A DNA stretch of 64,000 bases from Thelocarpon superellum (Eukaryota): the NCBI GenBank assembly GCA_026025795.1, contig JAPEUG010000007.1:1-64000 (forward strand), given 5' to 3'. The translations under genes were made by a program, and so were the position numbers. Below, piece after piece: positions 24,419 to 36,840 of this stretch (the first letter of the stretch is position 1; each line of letters starts with the position of its first letter). The notes beneath the pieces were generated by a model. It was not told the DNA's origin, did not search any database, and was given only the letters and a program-made list of their open reading frames with translations.

Positions 24419-26645
24419 ATGTTTTTCTCGCAGACGCTGCAACTCTTATCCCTATATCTGGCCACGGCCACGGCCACGTGAGGACACCCTCCCTTCCCCA
24501 CCCTTCCCCCTCCAATCCAGTGGCGGAGGCATCAGACTGACCCCCCTTTCTACCTCCAGGACCATCCCTCAATCTTCTCACGCGAGGCGCGACAGCAATG
24601 GTTCGAGTGTGGCCAATGACTCCAGTATGGCGGACTATGATTTCATCGTAGTGGGCTCGGGCGCTGGCGGTGGCCCGCTCGCCGCCCGCCTCGCCATGGC
24701 CCATTTCAAGGTTCTCCTCATTGACGCCGGCGACGATGCGGGCGGCACGGCGCCGGAGCAAGAGCTGCCGGCGCTGCAGCTGCAGTCAACCGAATACACG
24801 CCGATGCGCTGGGACTACTACGTCAACCACTATCAGAACGAGACCCGACAGGCCCTGGACACCAAGATGACATGGAAGCAACCCGATGGCAGCCTTCACA
24901 CGGGCCTGCACGGTCCCCCGGATCCCAACTCGACGCCGTTGGGTATCTTATATCCCCGCGCCGGTGCGCTGGGTGGGTGCACGACGCACAACGCCCTGAT
25001 CACCATCTACCCCCACGAGAGCGATTGGAGCAATATCCAGAGCATCACGGGCGATGACTCCTGGGCCCCCGACAAAATGTATCCATACTTCCAGCGCCTG
25101 GAGAACTTCCACTATCCGCCGTTGCCCCTTGTCGACCACTCGCCGCACGGCCTGAATGGTTGGCTTGCGACGGAACGCACGAGCCTGAAACTGGTCCTCA
25201 AGGACACCAACATCCAAGGCATCATTGCTGGCGCTGCCTTTGCGCTGAACAAGATGGGACTACTCAAGAACCTTCCGTTCCATCTGACGTGGTACGACTT
25301 GCCCGGCGTTGTGAAATCCTTGGCCAACATCTTGAACGGTGACTTGAACACGAACAAGCCCGGCCGCGACGCCACCCAGGGTCTCTACCAAGTCCCCATC
25401 GCGACCAAGTTTGGCCAGCGCAATGGCGCGCGTGACTTCATTCGCCAGGTCAAGGATGCGAAGAATGCCGATGGCTCGTATGCATATCAGCTGGATGTGC
25501 AACTCAATACGCTCGTGAGCCGAGTCTTGTTCGATCAGAACAATTCGTCCACGCCCCGGGCCGTGGGCGTCGAGTATCTCAAAGGCAAGAGCCTGTATCG
25601 GGCAGACCCCCGCGCCGACCTGGCCAACGACGGGGGCACCAATGGCACCGTCATGGCCAAGCGAGAGGTCATCCTCTCGGCCGGGGCCTTCAACACGCCA
25701 CAGCTGCTGAAGCTCAGTGGCGTCGGCCCCGCGGCGGAGCTGCAGAAGTTTGGCATTCCCGTGGTCAAGGATATGCCCGCAGTCGGCACGAATTTGCAAG
25801 ATCGATACGAAACGGGCCTGGTGGGCCGGACCGAGACGCCCTTTCCCCTGACCAAAGACTGCACCTTCGACCCGGAGGGCAAGGATCCCTGCTACGACGA
25901 CTGGCTCAAAGACCCAACCGGTGACCGGGGCACGTACGCCACCAACGGCATCGCCGTTGGGCTCGTTCACAAGTCCTCCACGGCTGATTCTGACCCGGAT
26001 CTCTTCATCGCCGGCGTACCGGCCGTCTTCCGCGGCTACTATCAAAACTACTCGGTCGACGCCTTCGCGGATGCCAACCATTGGACCTGGATCACGCTGA
26101 AGGCGCATACGCACAACACGGCCGGCACGGTGGAGCTGCGGTCGAAGAATCCGCGCGACATGCCGCAGATCAACTTCAACTCCTTCGACACCGGCAGCGA
26201 CGACGATGGCCGAGACCTCCAGGCCGTCGTGGAGGGAATGCAGCTGTCCCGGAAGCTGTTCGAGAACTTGCCCTACACCGAGGAGTGGCCCTCTGCCAAC
26301 GTCACCACGGACGATGAGTGGAAGACCTTTGTCAAGAATGAGGCCTGGGGCCACCACGCCTCGTGCACTTGCCCCATCGGCAAGAAGGGTGATCCCAAGG
26401 CCGTGCTCGATTCCGAATTCAAGGTGCAGGGCATCGACGGTCTGCGCGTCGTTGACGCCTCCGTCTTCCCCAAGATCCCCGGCTTCTACATCGTCACGCC
26501 CATCTACGTCATCAGCGAGAAGGCCGCCGATGTAATCATACAGGCCAACAACGGCATGTCCTTTGACGACCAGGGCTCCAACGCCCCGGGCATGAACTCG
26601 TCGCTGACCGCGTCCATCTGGAACTATTGGTCCTGGGCGCCGTGA
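24419..26645 (+). CDS. Secreted GMC (glucose-methanol-choline, AA3-type) FAD oxidoreductase, about 714 aa
   Basis: Signal-peptide exon MFFSQTLQLLSLYLATATA(T) at 24419-24477 and intron 24478-24559 (GTGAGG...ACTGAC...CAG). Motifs DFIVVGSGAGG (FAD), RAGALGGCTTHN, VILSAGAFNTPQLLKLSGVG, VGTNLQD, WGHHASCTC and GLRVVDASVFP. Confidence 0.9.
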
Positions 26646-26776
26646 GAGGGACATTACGTCAATGGACGGAAGTGTGCATGCTGCCGGCGGCGTGGAAGGG
26701 AAGACGGGAGGGGTGGAATCTCACGGTGTTTGGGACGCTGGCGCATCCATGGGGTTGGATTGTTGTTGCATCTTTA

Positions 26777-27040
26777 TGGCGTGTTTGGTAGATGGTGGTA
26801 GTGGTGTCATGGAACGGCTATTTTATGAATTTCGCCGCGGGCGAACTCGTCCCTGCTGAACCATCCCGTACAAGTGACGCTAGCCTTGCCCCATCCGAGA
26901 CTGCTGCGTGGCGTATTTGGTAGATGGTGGTGGTGGTGTCATGGAACGGCTATTTCATGAATTCCGCCGCGGGCGAACTCGTCCCTGCTGAACCATCTCG
27001 TACAAGTGACGCTAACCTTGCCCTATCCGAGACTGCTGCG
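26777..27040. repeat. 132-bp direct tandem duplication (26777-26908 and 26909-27040) with 7 substitutions
   Basis: Manual alignment of the two copies shows no indels and 7 mismatches, all transitions. Confidence 0.95.
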
Positions 27041-29581
27041 TCGGCAGTTTTCGTGCATTCCCGTCGTGTAACGGCCACTGTACGACAGAACGGAAGAACG
27101 AGGACGAGTACTGTACAGGTACTCCTTCTCTTGCGGCGAACGACATGTCAACCGCTCCATAGGTGTGGTAAGATCCGTATTCTCGGGTGCTTTAAGACTC
27201 CCCCACAATACATGAGTCCAAGTAATGCACACTTCCGCCGCGTAGGTAAGCAAGCACTGCACGTCTTCCCCCCCCCATATACGTAGGCAGCTATACCATG
27301 AGGGGAAGTCGTGCCATACTGTTCACCGATTGCTCATCACCGCCACCCCGGTCTGGTTCCCTGAATGAGTGTTGAAGCGAGACGCTAAGCGCACTCGGAC
27401 CCCGCGACCTTGGCAGAGACTTTGACCGGGCGGCTGGCTGAAGTGGACCGAAGCTCTTCTGTAACGAACTGGATAAATGTCACAATAATCCGGATTCCCG
27501 TTTACGACGCGCGCTAACTATGCCGGTCAGTCATCGTTCAACGCAGGAGAAAGGCGACACGACTTCATCATTCATCGCCAAAAGTCACTATCGGCGATCC
27601 TGTCCTCGGTCGGCATTTGTCCTTCGCGTTGCTGTCGATGTATGGTACGAGAATGGAGTTGCACTTCCCTTTGCCTCTTGAGAAGCTTCACCAACACCAG
27701 CGTCTCGCTGCAGGTCACCATCCTCCGCGAGGCTTCTAGAATGGAGCTCACGGTCAGGGTCAGACCACGAGATGTACCAGGATCCGCTACGGGACGCGCT
27801 CCCCAATCAGTGACACCCACGCCTGCGGCTCCTGCGGCACGATCTACGTTTCGGAGTCTCGTCCGGAGCATGAGATGGAGAAAAGAGGACGGGTGAAGAT
27901 GGTGGGAGGGGGTGGTGGTGTGAGAAGTTGTCTCATGGTGGAGGAAACGTCCGTAATCGGGAGCTGGGATGGGGCGTGTGGGGGCGCCAAGTCTTCCATC
28001 GTCGCAATCGCCCCGCACCCCAAGGTTCCCACTAGTCGCTGGAGGGTGAGGAAGTGCGAGAGCGCGCGGGCAGCTGCGCGCAAGACGGTCAGTGCGCACC
28101 GCGCGCACCCTGGCCAGACGGTGGAAGGCGGAATCCTGCGTGCGTCACTAATCCGCAGACGACGTGCGGTGGAGGTGGGGGAAAGGGAGGGGGGGGCGTG
28201 TAGACGGGGCATGGTCGAGGTGTGGTCGAGTCGTGGTCGAGGGTGCTCGTGGTGGCGGCACACTGCATGCAGACTTGGGGCGCCCGTCGAAAACGAGGCG
28301 CACGCCTCGCCAGTCACCGCTCTTCGTTTCCACCTGTACTGCCGCGCACATGCTGAACCGCTCCCCCAAGACGTCATCGCAATCTCGAGCTGAACGTGTG
28401 CGGTCGTGGGTGTAGGCAGGTTTCGGCTGGCTGGATACAGAATCCGTCCAAAGACATGCCGTGTAGGGGGTCATCGGGTCAGTTCTCCGACGAGCGTGTC
28501 TGTTCGCCCTGCATCGGGACTATCGCGGTACTTCGTCGGCCGCGTCGGTACGCGACAGTCGCTCGCTACTTGTACTTGCGCGGGTGACAGTCTCGATGTG
28601 AGACGCCGCCCGTCGTCCACCGTCGTCGACGCCGGCAGTCGATCGCTGCAGCGCGCCATCGCCGATGTCAACGACGGCCAGGACCCATGCGCGCAAGCTC
28701 CCTATACTTATCATGTTGTTGAGACTAGTGGCAGTGGCGAAAGTCTGCCATCGAACGAAGGTGTGTTGGTGGGGCAGCCGTCGACTTCCCATTGGCCGTA
28801 AGCCGCGACTCGGCGCTATCTGCCTTCGCATCCATGCCCGGACGGAGCAGCACCGAGCACGCCCTTGGCGAGCACCAAGACTCAACCGGCCTCACGCCCT
28901 CCACCGCCGCCGCAAGCACCAGCAACTTCTCCTCTCCTCTCCTCCTCCTCCTGCGTCTCCGCACGACCCCGTGCGCTGGACTTATCGCTGGCCATCGCAC
29001 AATCTGCATCCAGCTACTAACCCACCCCTTCGTCCTTAATATCCATTCAACCTTCCCCGCCCGTCGTCGTCGTCGACGACGTTGCCGGCCTGGTTATCGC
29101 CCTTGAAAGATTAAGTCAGGGTCGACACGGCTGCTTCGCTCTCTTGTTGTTGCTCGTCCGGTTTTTGTTTATCTTTGCCGCCCGTTGCTCGCTTTTTCCT
29201 TCACCAACAATCTCGACAGCCGGTCTGCACATTTCATCGAGGCTCTGCATTTCCAGAGTCCAATTCCCGACCGTGCTGGCCCCATCGTGAAAGGTGAACT
29301 GTGGACGCTCGGACTTTCCCGTGCTCTTGGTCAGTCTCCCATGACCTGAGTCCCTCGAGACGCTCCTCTCCTCGTTCTCACTCCCACACCCCATCCACCC
29401 AGCTCAACCTCACCGACCGCTCGCCAACGTGTCTCCCATGGCTGATAATTGTTCCCGACATAGTCCGTGCTCATGCTCCGTCAAACGCCATAAGTAACCG
29501 GTGCTACTCGCCCTGGTTGTGTTCTCCTCCTCATTCTCCCTCCTCTCCCCTCCTGCCATCTTGGACCACCATCCCGCTCGG

Positions 29582-31936
29582 ATGCCTTACACGCCGCCTT
29601 CGCAGCAATCTCCCGCGGCGTCTGCGTCACCTAGCCCGTCGGTCAGTCGCTCGCACTCGTATAGCACCACTCCGCTGGCGAGCCCGCCGCCGCGACCGGA
29701 CATCCCGCGCTCGCAATCCTACCTCTCGCGTCATCGTCGCACGCCGTCCATCTCCAAATCCGATGAGGTAGCTGGTCCGACCGAGTCGCCACGGGCGACC
29801 GGCGCAGGTCACCGCGAGGTCGACGACGCACAGAGCCAGGCGGCCCCGAAAGGCGGTCGTCGTAGTCCGGAGATGCGCGCGGCTCCGCCGAGGACGGGGC
29901 CGAACGCCTTTGCCGGTGCCCTCGATTCGCCTCACAATTCCAGTGACGATGAGGACGGCGCGCACAAGGACAGCGGACGAGAGCTGGAAAACATGGCCGA
30001 ACTGCAAGCCGCCATTCAGATCATCGAGCAGCACCGTGATGGCTCGCCCACCCGGACCCCCTCAGAGTCGAGGAGCACACGGGCGGCACTCGGCATCGAG
30101 ATCCCTTCCCTCTCGGCCCGCCAGTCGGGCGCGCAGAGCAACGGTGTCGGCACGCCGCCGCTCAGCGGCGCAGCTCGCAGGATCTCTCACTCCCGGTCGT
30201 CGACCGAGTCGGCCATCGTCTCGCCGAACATGGGACAGGCGGTGTCATCGGAGAGCAGCGACTCGGAGAGCGAGGAGCTATTACATCGTCCGTCGATGAT
30301 CCGCAAGAAGTCGGGGGAGCTGGTCAAGCCGGCCCTGCGCCCATCGTCCGTGCCGCGTCGTCCGTCCAGCATGCCGGGCACGCCGACCTACTCCAAGGCT
30401 GTGCACTTCGACAACGACCTCGAGCATGTCCGACACTTCTTGCAGGTCGACCGACCACTGGCGGTCAGCGCGGGCTCTTCACCGGTAGAGTCGTACGAAG
30501 GCGATCCTGAGTTTCCCTTTGGCTTCGACGACACCTATCAGCTCCGGCAAGCTCCCTTTGACTGGGAACTTGTCTTGTCCAACTTTCCTCCCGAGACGGA
30601 GGGGCGAAGCGAGTTGCCCGTGCGCGTTGAACGGGTGTTCTTGTCGACAGATAAGAAAACGTTGTTGGGCAGCGTGGCCGTGGCCAACCTGGCTTTCAAC
30701 AAGTCCGTCGTAGCACGCTTCACCCTGGATTACTGGAAGACCACGTCTGAGGTCGTAGCAGAGTACAACAACGACGTGCGACGCAAGCAGACCCACGACG
30801 GCTGCGACCGCTTCCTCTTCAGCATCAAGCTAGTGGACCAAGGGGATCTGGAGCGCAAGACGCTCTTCTTCTGCGTGCGCTACACCGTGAATGGCCAGGA
30901 ATTCTGGGACAATAACGGGGCGATGAACTTCCAGGTCGACTTCCGCAAGAAGGCCAGGGCGCAGAATGGCAAGTCGGGCATGCAAGGGGCCGCCACTCGA
31001 CCGTTGAACTCGCTTCCTCGCAGCCGGCCCTCGCCGCCGGCGTCGGCGGGTCGACCACGCTCGATGCCGAATTCCTTCGACGACTTTAGCGACGCCTTTG
31101 ATACCTCCTACGACTTTACGCTGAAGCCCCAGCCGTTCATGGGCGAGTCGCCACCGTCCGCGGTCCGGCTGAAGAAGGTCATGTCCCACCCGGCGCCGTT
31201 TCCGGACACGCCAGCCCGTCGTAGCCACGCGGCGGGACAGGCATTTGGCAATCGGTATGATTTCGGCGCCTCCCTCTCTGCGGCTATGCAGAGTCCTGGA
31301 GCTCGCCAAGGGTCGAAACGGGGCGGTGGTGCCGCGGGCCCGGTGGCATCGCCATCTGGAGGCAAGGGGAGAATGGCGCCGGGCCATGCGCGAGCCACAA
31401 ATACTAGCCAGGCACGGCACCGGACGGACGAAGGAGGCTCGACAGGGTACGCGGCCGAAAAGCCTCCGCTGCAGTCGTCTTCCTATCACGAACTCCTTGA
31501 CAAATACTGCTTCGTACGTACCCCTGCGGCCACGAACTCGCCCACCACCTTTCGCTGACCTGCTCGTCAGTTCGGGTCCTCCAAAACCTCCACTCCACCC
31601 GGGAGCGGCAAGACGTCTCCGCCTGGCCAGGCCGATGTGCCGCCTCCGGAGCCGTCGCGGTCCGTGCCGTACGTTGAGAGTCATCACGCTGCTGCGGCCC
31701 CTACCACGACGACCTCGTCTGAGCCAGTGACGTCGGTGCCCGCGCCTGGGCCGCCGACGTCGTCCAAGCTCGAAGTTGCCGAGTCGCGGCGATCGGTCTC
31801 TCCCGTATCAATCACGAGCCCACACCCATCTACCAATCTAGATTCCACTCCCGCCTTTGGCTTTCCATTTCACGGAGGGCCGCACGGCGGCTTCACCCTC
31901 AACGAACCGCACACTCCCACCGCGATCCACGGGTAG
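29582..31936 (+). CDS. Gac1-like PP1 glycogen-targeting regulatory subunit with CBM21 domain, about 765 aa
   Basis: Starts MPYTPPSQQSP. Contains RKKSGELVKPAL, the RVxF-type motif KAVHF, and CBM21 motifs GSVAVANLAFNKSVVARFTLDYWKT and EFWDNNGAMNF. Intron 31514-31570 follows LLDKYCF. Confidence 0.9.
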
Positions 31937-33320
31937 CGTGAGGTCGCTTCCTATTCCCACCTGGAGCGGTTGATCTCTCCTGCAGCCCTTCACTCCATGC
32001 CGGGGTTCTTTGACTGTAGTTTCTGCGAGAAGTACATTTGATTGATGGCGCTGGGGTAGGTGCATGGTCGTGGGCGTTTCTGATTTCTTTTCAGTTTCAC
32101 TTTCCACTTTTCTTCCTTTTTTCTTCAGCCGTCACGCGTGATTTTACGTGTCCACTCTCGGGATCTGGTCGAAGAATGCGTGACGAATGCATGGCTGGCA
32201 TGTGCGCTGTGCAAGAACCCTTGAGCGTGGGTTGATCTGTGTTTGGTCGATGGCGTTAGGAAGACTTCTTCACAAGGGAATACTCGGACGATCTTTCTGC
32301 GTGGCTTCGAAGGGTCTCTTTGCCGGGGGGACTCTGGTGGGAATCGTTTGTCGGATGTCCAAATCGGTAGTTTTTCATCTGCAGCCGCAGACGTTAATAG
32401 AGGCTCATGGTGACTTTTCACGTCCACTTTCATCCTGAGGATGGTTACCTTGGGTCTGAGAGGCCCCCTGTGGTCGCGGTCCTTTTCAGGCGGCCAGGAG
32501 ATCTACGAGCGAAGAATAGATCCGGTTGCTCGGAGATGAATGTTTTAAGAAATGGTCATGGTCCGTCGGAGTCTGCAGCCTTGCCCCCAGTGGCCGGCAT
32601 GTGGGCCGGACCTCACGAAAGTGAGGCTTCTGGCGGCTGAAACGTATCCTCTGACCTGATCAAGGAAGAGCTTCATAGATGATCGTCTTTTCCCCAAGTA
32701 TTTGATCGGATGCTGGGCCTCCGCGAGTGTGTAGGGCGGCTCCACCGATGAGACCATCGGTCTAGTTGATCTCGCCAATGACCTCACTCGCGTTCCGCCA
32801 CGTTCAATGCACGGTGAAACCGACGAACATGCACCCCAAACGAGCAAGCGTTGGGTCTGTCTTATCGCTGACACTCCTACGGTCAGCATGGGCCAAGATG
32901 AGGGCCGGACGTAGGGCCAGACGCAGGGCCGACCCGCGCATTGACAAAGGCTCGATCCGTCCAGGGTCTTCCCTCAAGGATCTAGCAGAGGATTTCGTAG
33001 GCCTTTCAGAGGATCGCGATGCCTGAGATCCATGAACTTGGGACGGGCGTGCGGGAATTTCTGTGGCCTGACAGAAACGCCATGAACGTGATTGAGACGT
33101 GCAATTTCCCTTTCTCCAGCACCGCGCATGCTCGCGGCGGCCCAGGTTTGATCGGAGACGACATGGAAATGCTTTTCTCGATGATAATGTCTTCGGTGCC
33201 AACTGCCATTAGGTGAGGCTCCATCTCTGCCCGTGGCTTCGATGTTTTCATGATTCGTCCCCTTGGCTGTTTCTGGAGCTTCAACTTTCACCGTGAGGTC
33301 GTGGCCTTGAACCGCCCACC

Positions 33321-34178
33321 ATGTTCCTGCGGCGACTCTTCGTCCTTCTCTCCGGACTCTCCGTAACCGCCGTGATCAGCCGGGCTTCTCCGGTCCGGAA
33401 TGCAAACTTGGTGACGGCACTGAAGACGTTCATGCCCGTGCCTGGGACGGTCGACATCGCGATATCGCACCGCTTTCGAGACGTGCCACCCTTCGGTCCG
33501 CTCGTCAACGGCAACTGGACCTGTTTCAGCAGCTCCTCCACCCCGATGCCGAGGACGGCACCACGGCCGCAACGCTGCCTACCACCTGGCCAATCATACC
33601 GGATGGACCGACTACACGGGTACGACTTTGACTGGTCGGCCGTCGATACCATGATAATCGCCGCGGGCAGCTACGTGCTCGACCTCGCCTACCAGTGGGA
33701 CCAAGGACAATTCACGTGGGTCGAATCGATCGTGGCGAATTACTCAACCTCGCAGACGGCCAGCGATCACTTTGGCAATGTTATGCAAAAGTTCGCACGC
33801 GAGAGGACTGTCACCTTGCAGACGGGCCTCGGTATCAGCCAAACGCTGCAAGGGATCCAACCCCCATCCGTCTGTATCTACTCCGAGCCCAAGTTTGAGG
33901 GCAACTTCACCTGCTTCGGCCCTGGTGCGGGTAATTTGTCGCCAGAGGCCATCCGGACGATGCGAAGCGTCAAGGTGACCGAAGGCACGATGGAGGGATG
34001 GTTTCAGGGCATCGGAGCCAGCCACAGCCGAAATGGTCTACAGCAGCAATTTGTCACGGGTGATTACTCCAGCCTCTCGCCTCAGCTCGACCGGGCCTTG
34101 GTCGAGTTGAAGTTGACCCCCAACGAAACGGCGCATCGGAAGTGGGACTGGATCGACCAGTACTGGTATGACATATGA
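33321..34178 (+). CDS. Secreted protein with a beta/gamma-crystallin-like (Greek key) motif, 285 aa
   Basis: Good start context (cccaccATG), signal peptide MFLRRLFVLLSGLSVTAVIS, and motif VCIYSEPKFEGNFTC...MRSVKV. The product call is tentative. Confidence 0.65.
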   Translation: MFLRRLFVLLSGLSVTAVISRASPVRNANLVTALKTFMPVPGTVDIAISHRFRDVPPFGPLVNGNWTCFSSSSTPMPRTAPRPQRCLPPGQSYRMDRLHGYDFDWSAVDTMIIAAGSYVLDLAYQWDQGQFTWVESIVANYSTSQTASDHFGNVMQKFARERTVTLQTGLGISQTLQGIQPPSVCIYSEPKFEGNFTCFGPGAGNLSPEAIRTMRSVKVTEGTMEGWFQGIGASHSRNGLQQQFVTGDYSSLSPQLDRALVELKLTPNETAHRKWDWIDQYWYDI

Positions 34179-35397
34179 CGATCGACATACGTGCTGGGAC
34201 CTGTCTTTTACAAACTCTGCATATCTTGGAGTGGGATTAGTGATGGTTGTCAGGGCGGGAGTATCGGTGATACCTTGCCGAGATGTTGTTGCCCTACGGT
34301 GGGCATGCACCCGTAGCTTGCAGAGACATGACTCTTCACACGCTGGGCCCACATCTTCGACCTCTTGCTCATCAATTTAGCTGAGTAAGGGATGATCGCT
34401 GTTATTAAGCTTACTCTGGAGCCGGCGGAGGCGGGTACCTGGAGGTACCTGGCACCAGGCCCCAACCTGGATTCCGACACCCGCCATAAGATCTAGGTTG
34501 CGGTGAGCAAACACGCTGTGAGAGCCCGCCAAACGTCCCAGGATGGTGGGAATCCATAATCAGTCAGTCAGTAATAGTGAACGGAGCAAGGTACACGCAA
34601 GAAAGAGAGTTCCCCTCCATGCTGATTAATCCCGCTTCAGCGTCGAGGCTCGAAACTGAATTGTCCACCCAACGACAGAAGGGCATTCGCTCAACGATTG
34701 GCATCACGCTTAGGCGTCTGCCAAGGCAAATCCCACCCGGGTATCTCAGGCGTGCGATGGATTCGCATGGACCGAGGGACCTAGAGTCGCGCATCACCTG
34801 CCAATCGAGGTAGGAGTGCCTATGGGGTGACACGCCACCTCACCGCCGGGGCCCGGTGGCGTGCTCGCAGGCACCGGTCCCACGGCGACGACCTATCACG
34901 CCATTCCTTCACGCCGTGGTAATCATTCCCACGTGGGGTGGTACCGCCCGGCAGCGGCATAATTCTGTGACTGCCGGACACCCAAATCCAACTATTTCGG
35001 TCAAAACTTTCGTCAGTCATGCGGCGCTTTTCCGACATCCATGCGGTGTAACGCGTGGGAACGGGGGCAGGAGGGCACTTGACGGCGCATTTGCCAGCGT
35101 CCATGGCCATGCCTAGTCTGTCCTCACACCCCGCACTGTGCACCACGACGCTGATGCGCCAGGTGGCCACCAAGCTGCCTGGACCCTTTAGGTCTTTTCA
35201 GGTGCAAGATGCTCCGCACGAGCAATTTCTTTTCGTATCGCTCCTCGACATGTGGTACCACGTGGTACAATGCCTGGAAGAGCTCCAACAATAGCTGCTG
35301 ACTGAGCTCCCGCTGAAACCGATGGCGATATTTCTTTCCGGTGCCCTCTCTTTCGTTATGCTCGGCCCTCCTCGCCCTCCTGCTCGTCTCTTTCGAC

Positions 35398-36629
35398 ATG
35401 GCGCATCTGCCGCGTCGGTCCCGCGATCGAGCACGGTGGTGGATGGTGTCAATCTCTGCCCTGCTGATCCGCCCCACGCTCGCTGCAAGCGCCGTGGAGG
35501 GAAGCTCAAGCTGGACCGAGCATGACAACCGCCTTGTCCCTCGCGACAACCTGGCTGGAGTTGTGGACTGTGGACCAGCTCCCCAGAGCCTCGGCAGCTA
35601 CGAGATCGACACTACCAACGGCCGAAGCGGCGACTTTACAAAACAATGCCAGTCAGTGCTCCCGAGAACATGCACCTCAGCCTCGGAGTGGCCACAGTGG
35701 GAGCCACCTGAAGACGAGGCGGAGAGACAGAAATTGGAAGGGGTGCTTCAGACTGAACTGGGGCTCTATTGTTTGGGCTATTGCAAATGCACCAACGGTG
35801 AAGAGGAACGGATTAGGGAAGAGATCAGAGAGCAGCTGGAGGCACAAGTCCATGAATACCTGAGAGAAGCCATGGGCCTGGCGGAGCAGCGGGAAGACGA
35901 ACAAGGCGCTTTGGTCAGTGGCGTCATTGATAAGACCCGCCGTGGACTCGACTCACTTTTGTACAGGACTTGTCGTGTCCCGAACAGCTGGACCCGGAGG
36001 ACGGGAGTACAAGCGGAGGAGCATCTCTGTCGTCAAGCACCATGACCCAATGGTGCACCAAGGTCGACGGCGTCGGAGGATGGTGCTGGCAGGGAGTCCC
36101 GATATTCGTGCCCACAAACATGTCAACGGACTGGACCACGGACATGCTGAATCCCGTGACACGAGGCTGTTCGCGCTGCGGGTGTCTAGCCACGGTGGCG
36201 GACGGCAGCGGAGGCCAGCACAACATGACTTCAGGACAAGCGAGCAACCTCACCGGCCTCATCAGCGGTCTAGCAAGCATTCCGAATCTAACCACCACGG
36301 GAGGAATCGCAAGCTTTGACCAACTCTCCCACATTCCGGCGGGGCCCAAAGATAACAATGCGGCCGCGGCCGTAGACCCAGTATCTGCACCGGCCGGGCA
36401 TGGACAAGAACAACAACAGGGCCAGTGTCCGGCCAACCCGCCTCCGGCGCCAGGACCGCGACGAGGAAAATGTCTATGTCGAGATCAGAAGAAGGGGACA
36501 TACTGCAGATGTCGACGTCCGTGGAGCGACCGGCAACGGCAACGGCAACGGCAACAGCAACAGCCTGCTTCGAGCTGGTCGTCGCAACTTGCTGGTGTGT
36601 CGCTCGGTGGTGCAGGATCATGTCCGTGA
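35398..36629 (+). CDS. Secreted Cys-rich protein with two 6-Cys modules and a basic Cys-rich tail, about 392 aa (start may instead be the second Met, MVSISALL)
   Basis: ORFs 35341-36045 and 35970-36629 join in frame via phase-0 intron 35914-35966 (GTCAGT...ACTCAC...CAG). Hydrophobic leader MVSISALLIRPTLAA; motifs CLGYCKC and CSRCGC. Confidence 0.7.
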
Positions 36630-36840
36630 CGAACTCATATTCAGTGACCCCTCTTGTCCTTATACCCCCTTTTGGATGTGGCTCATCTCCGGCGGCTTAT
36701 GTCCAGCGGGCGAATGATCGAGTGATGTACCACCACGAGCGACTGCGCATCTTCATTCATATATCACACGTTCAATCATCTTACATCATTTCCCATCCCA
36801 TCCCATCCCAACCTATCCCGATCCAAGTCACACCCGAATA

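Noticed and set aside
25260..26654. 464-aa antisense ORF opposite the GMC gene (similarly 13729-14697, 11344-12345, 17040-18182 and 39124-40038)
   Set aside because: These are shadow ORFs expected from high GC3 codon bias on the coding strand; they have no recognisable motifs.
26777..27040. Direct repeats considered as a CRISPR array or LTR pair
   Set aside because: There are only two abutting copies with no spacers or internal sequence, the context is eukaryotic, and there are no cas or retroelement ORFs.
27300..29500. Several 100-180 aa ORFs and a G-rich tract (about 28174-28210) upstream of the Gac1-like gene
   Set aside because: The translations are low-complexity and not protein-like; the region is best explained as a long promoter or 5' leader.
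29501..29581. Hydrophobic N-terminal extension of the Gac1-like ORF
   Set aside because: It starts at GTG within a pyrimidine-rich leader; the family-typical start is MPYTPP at ATG 29582.
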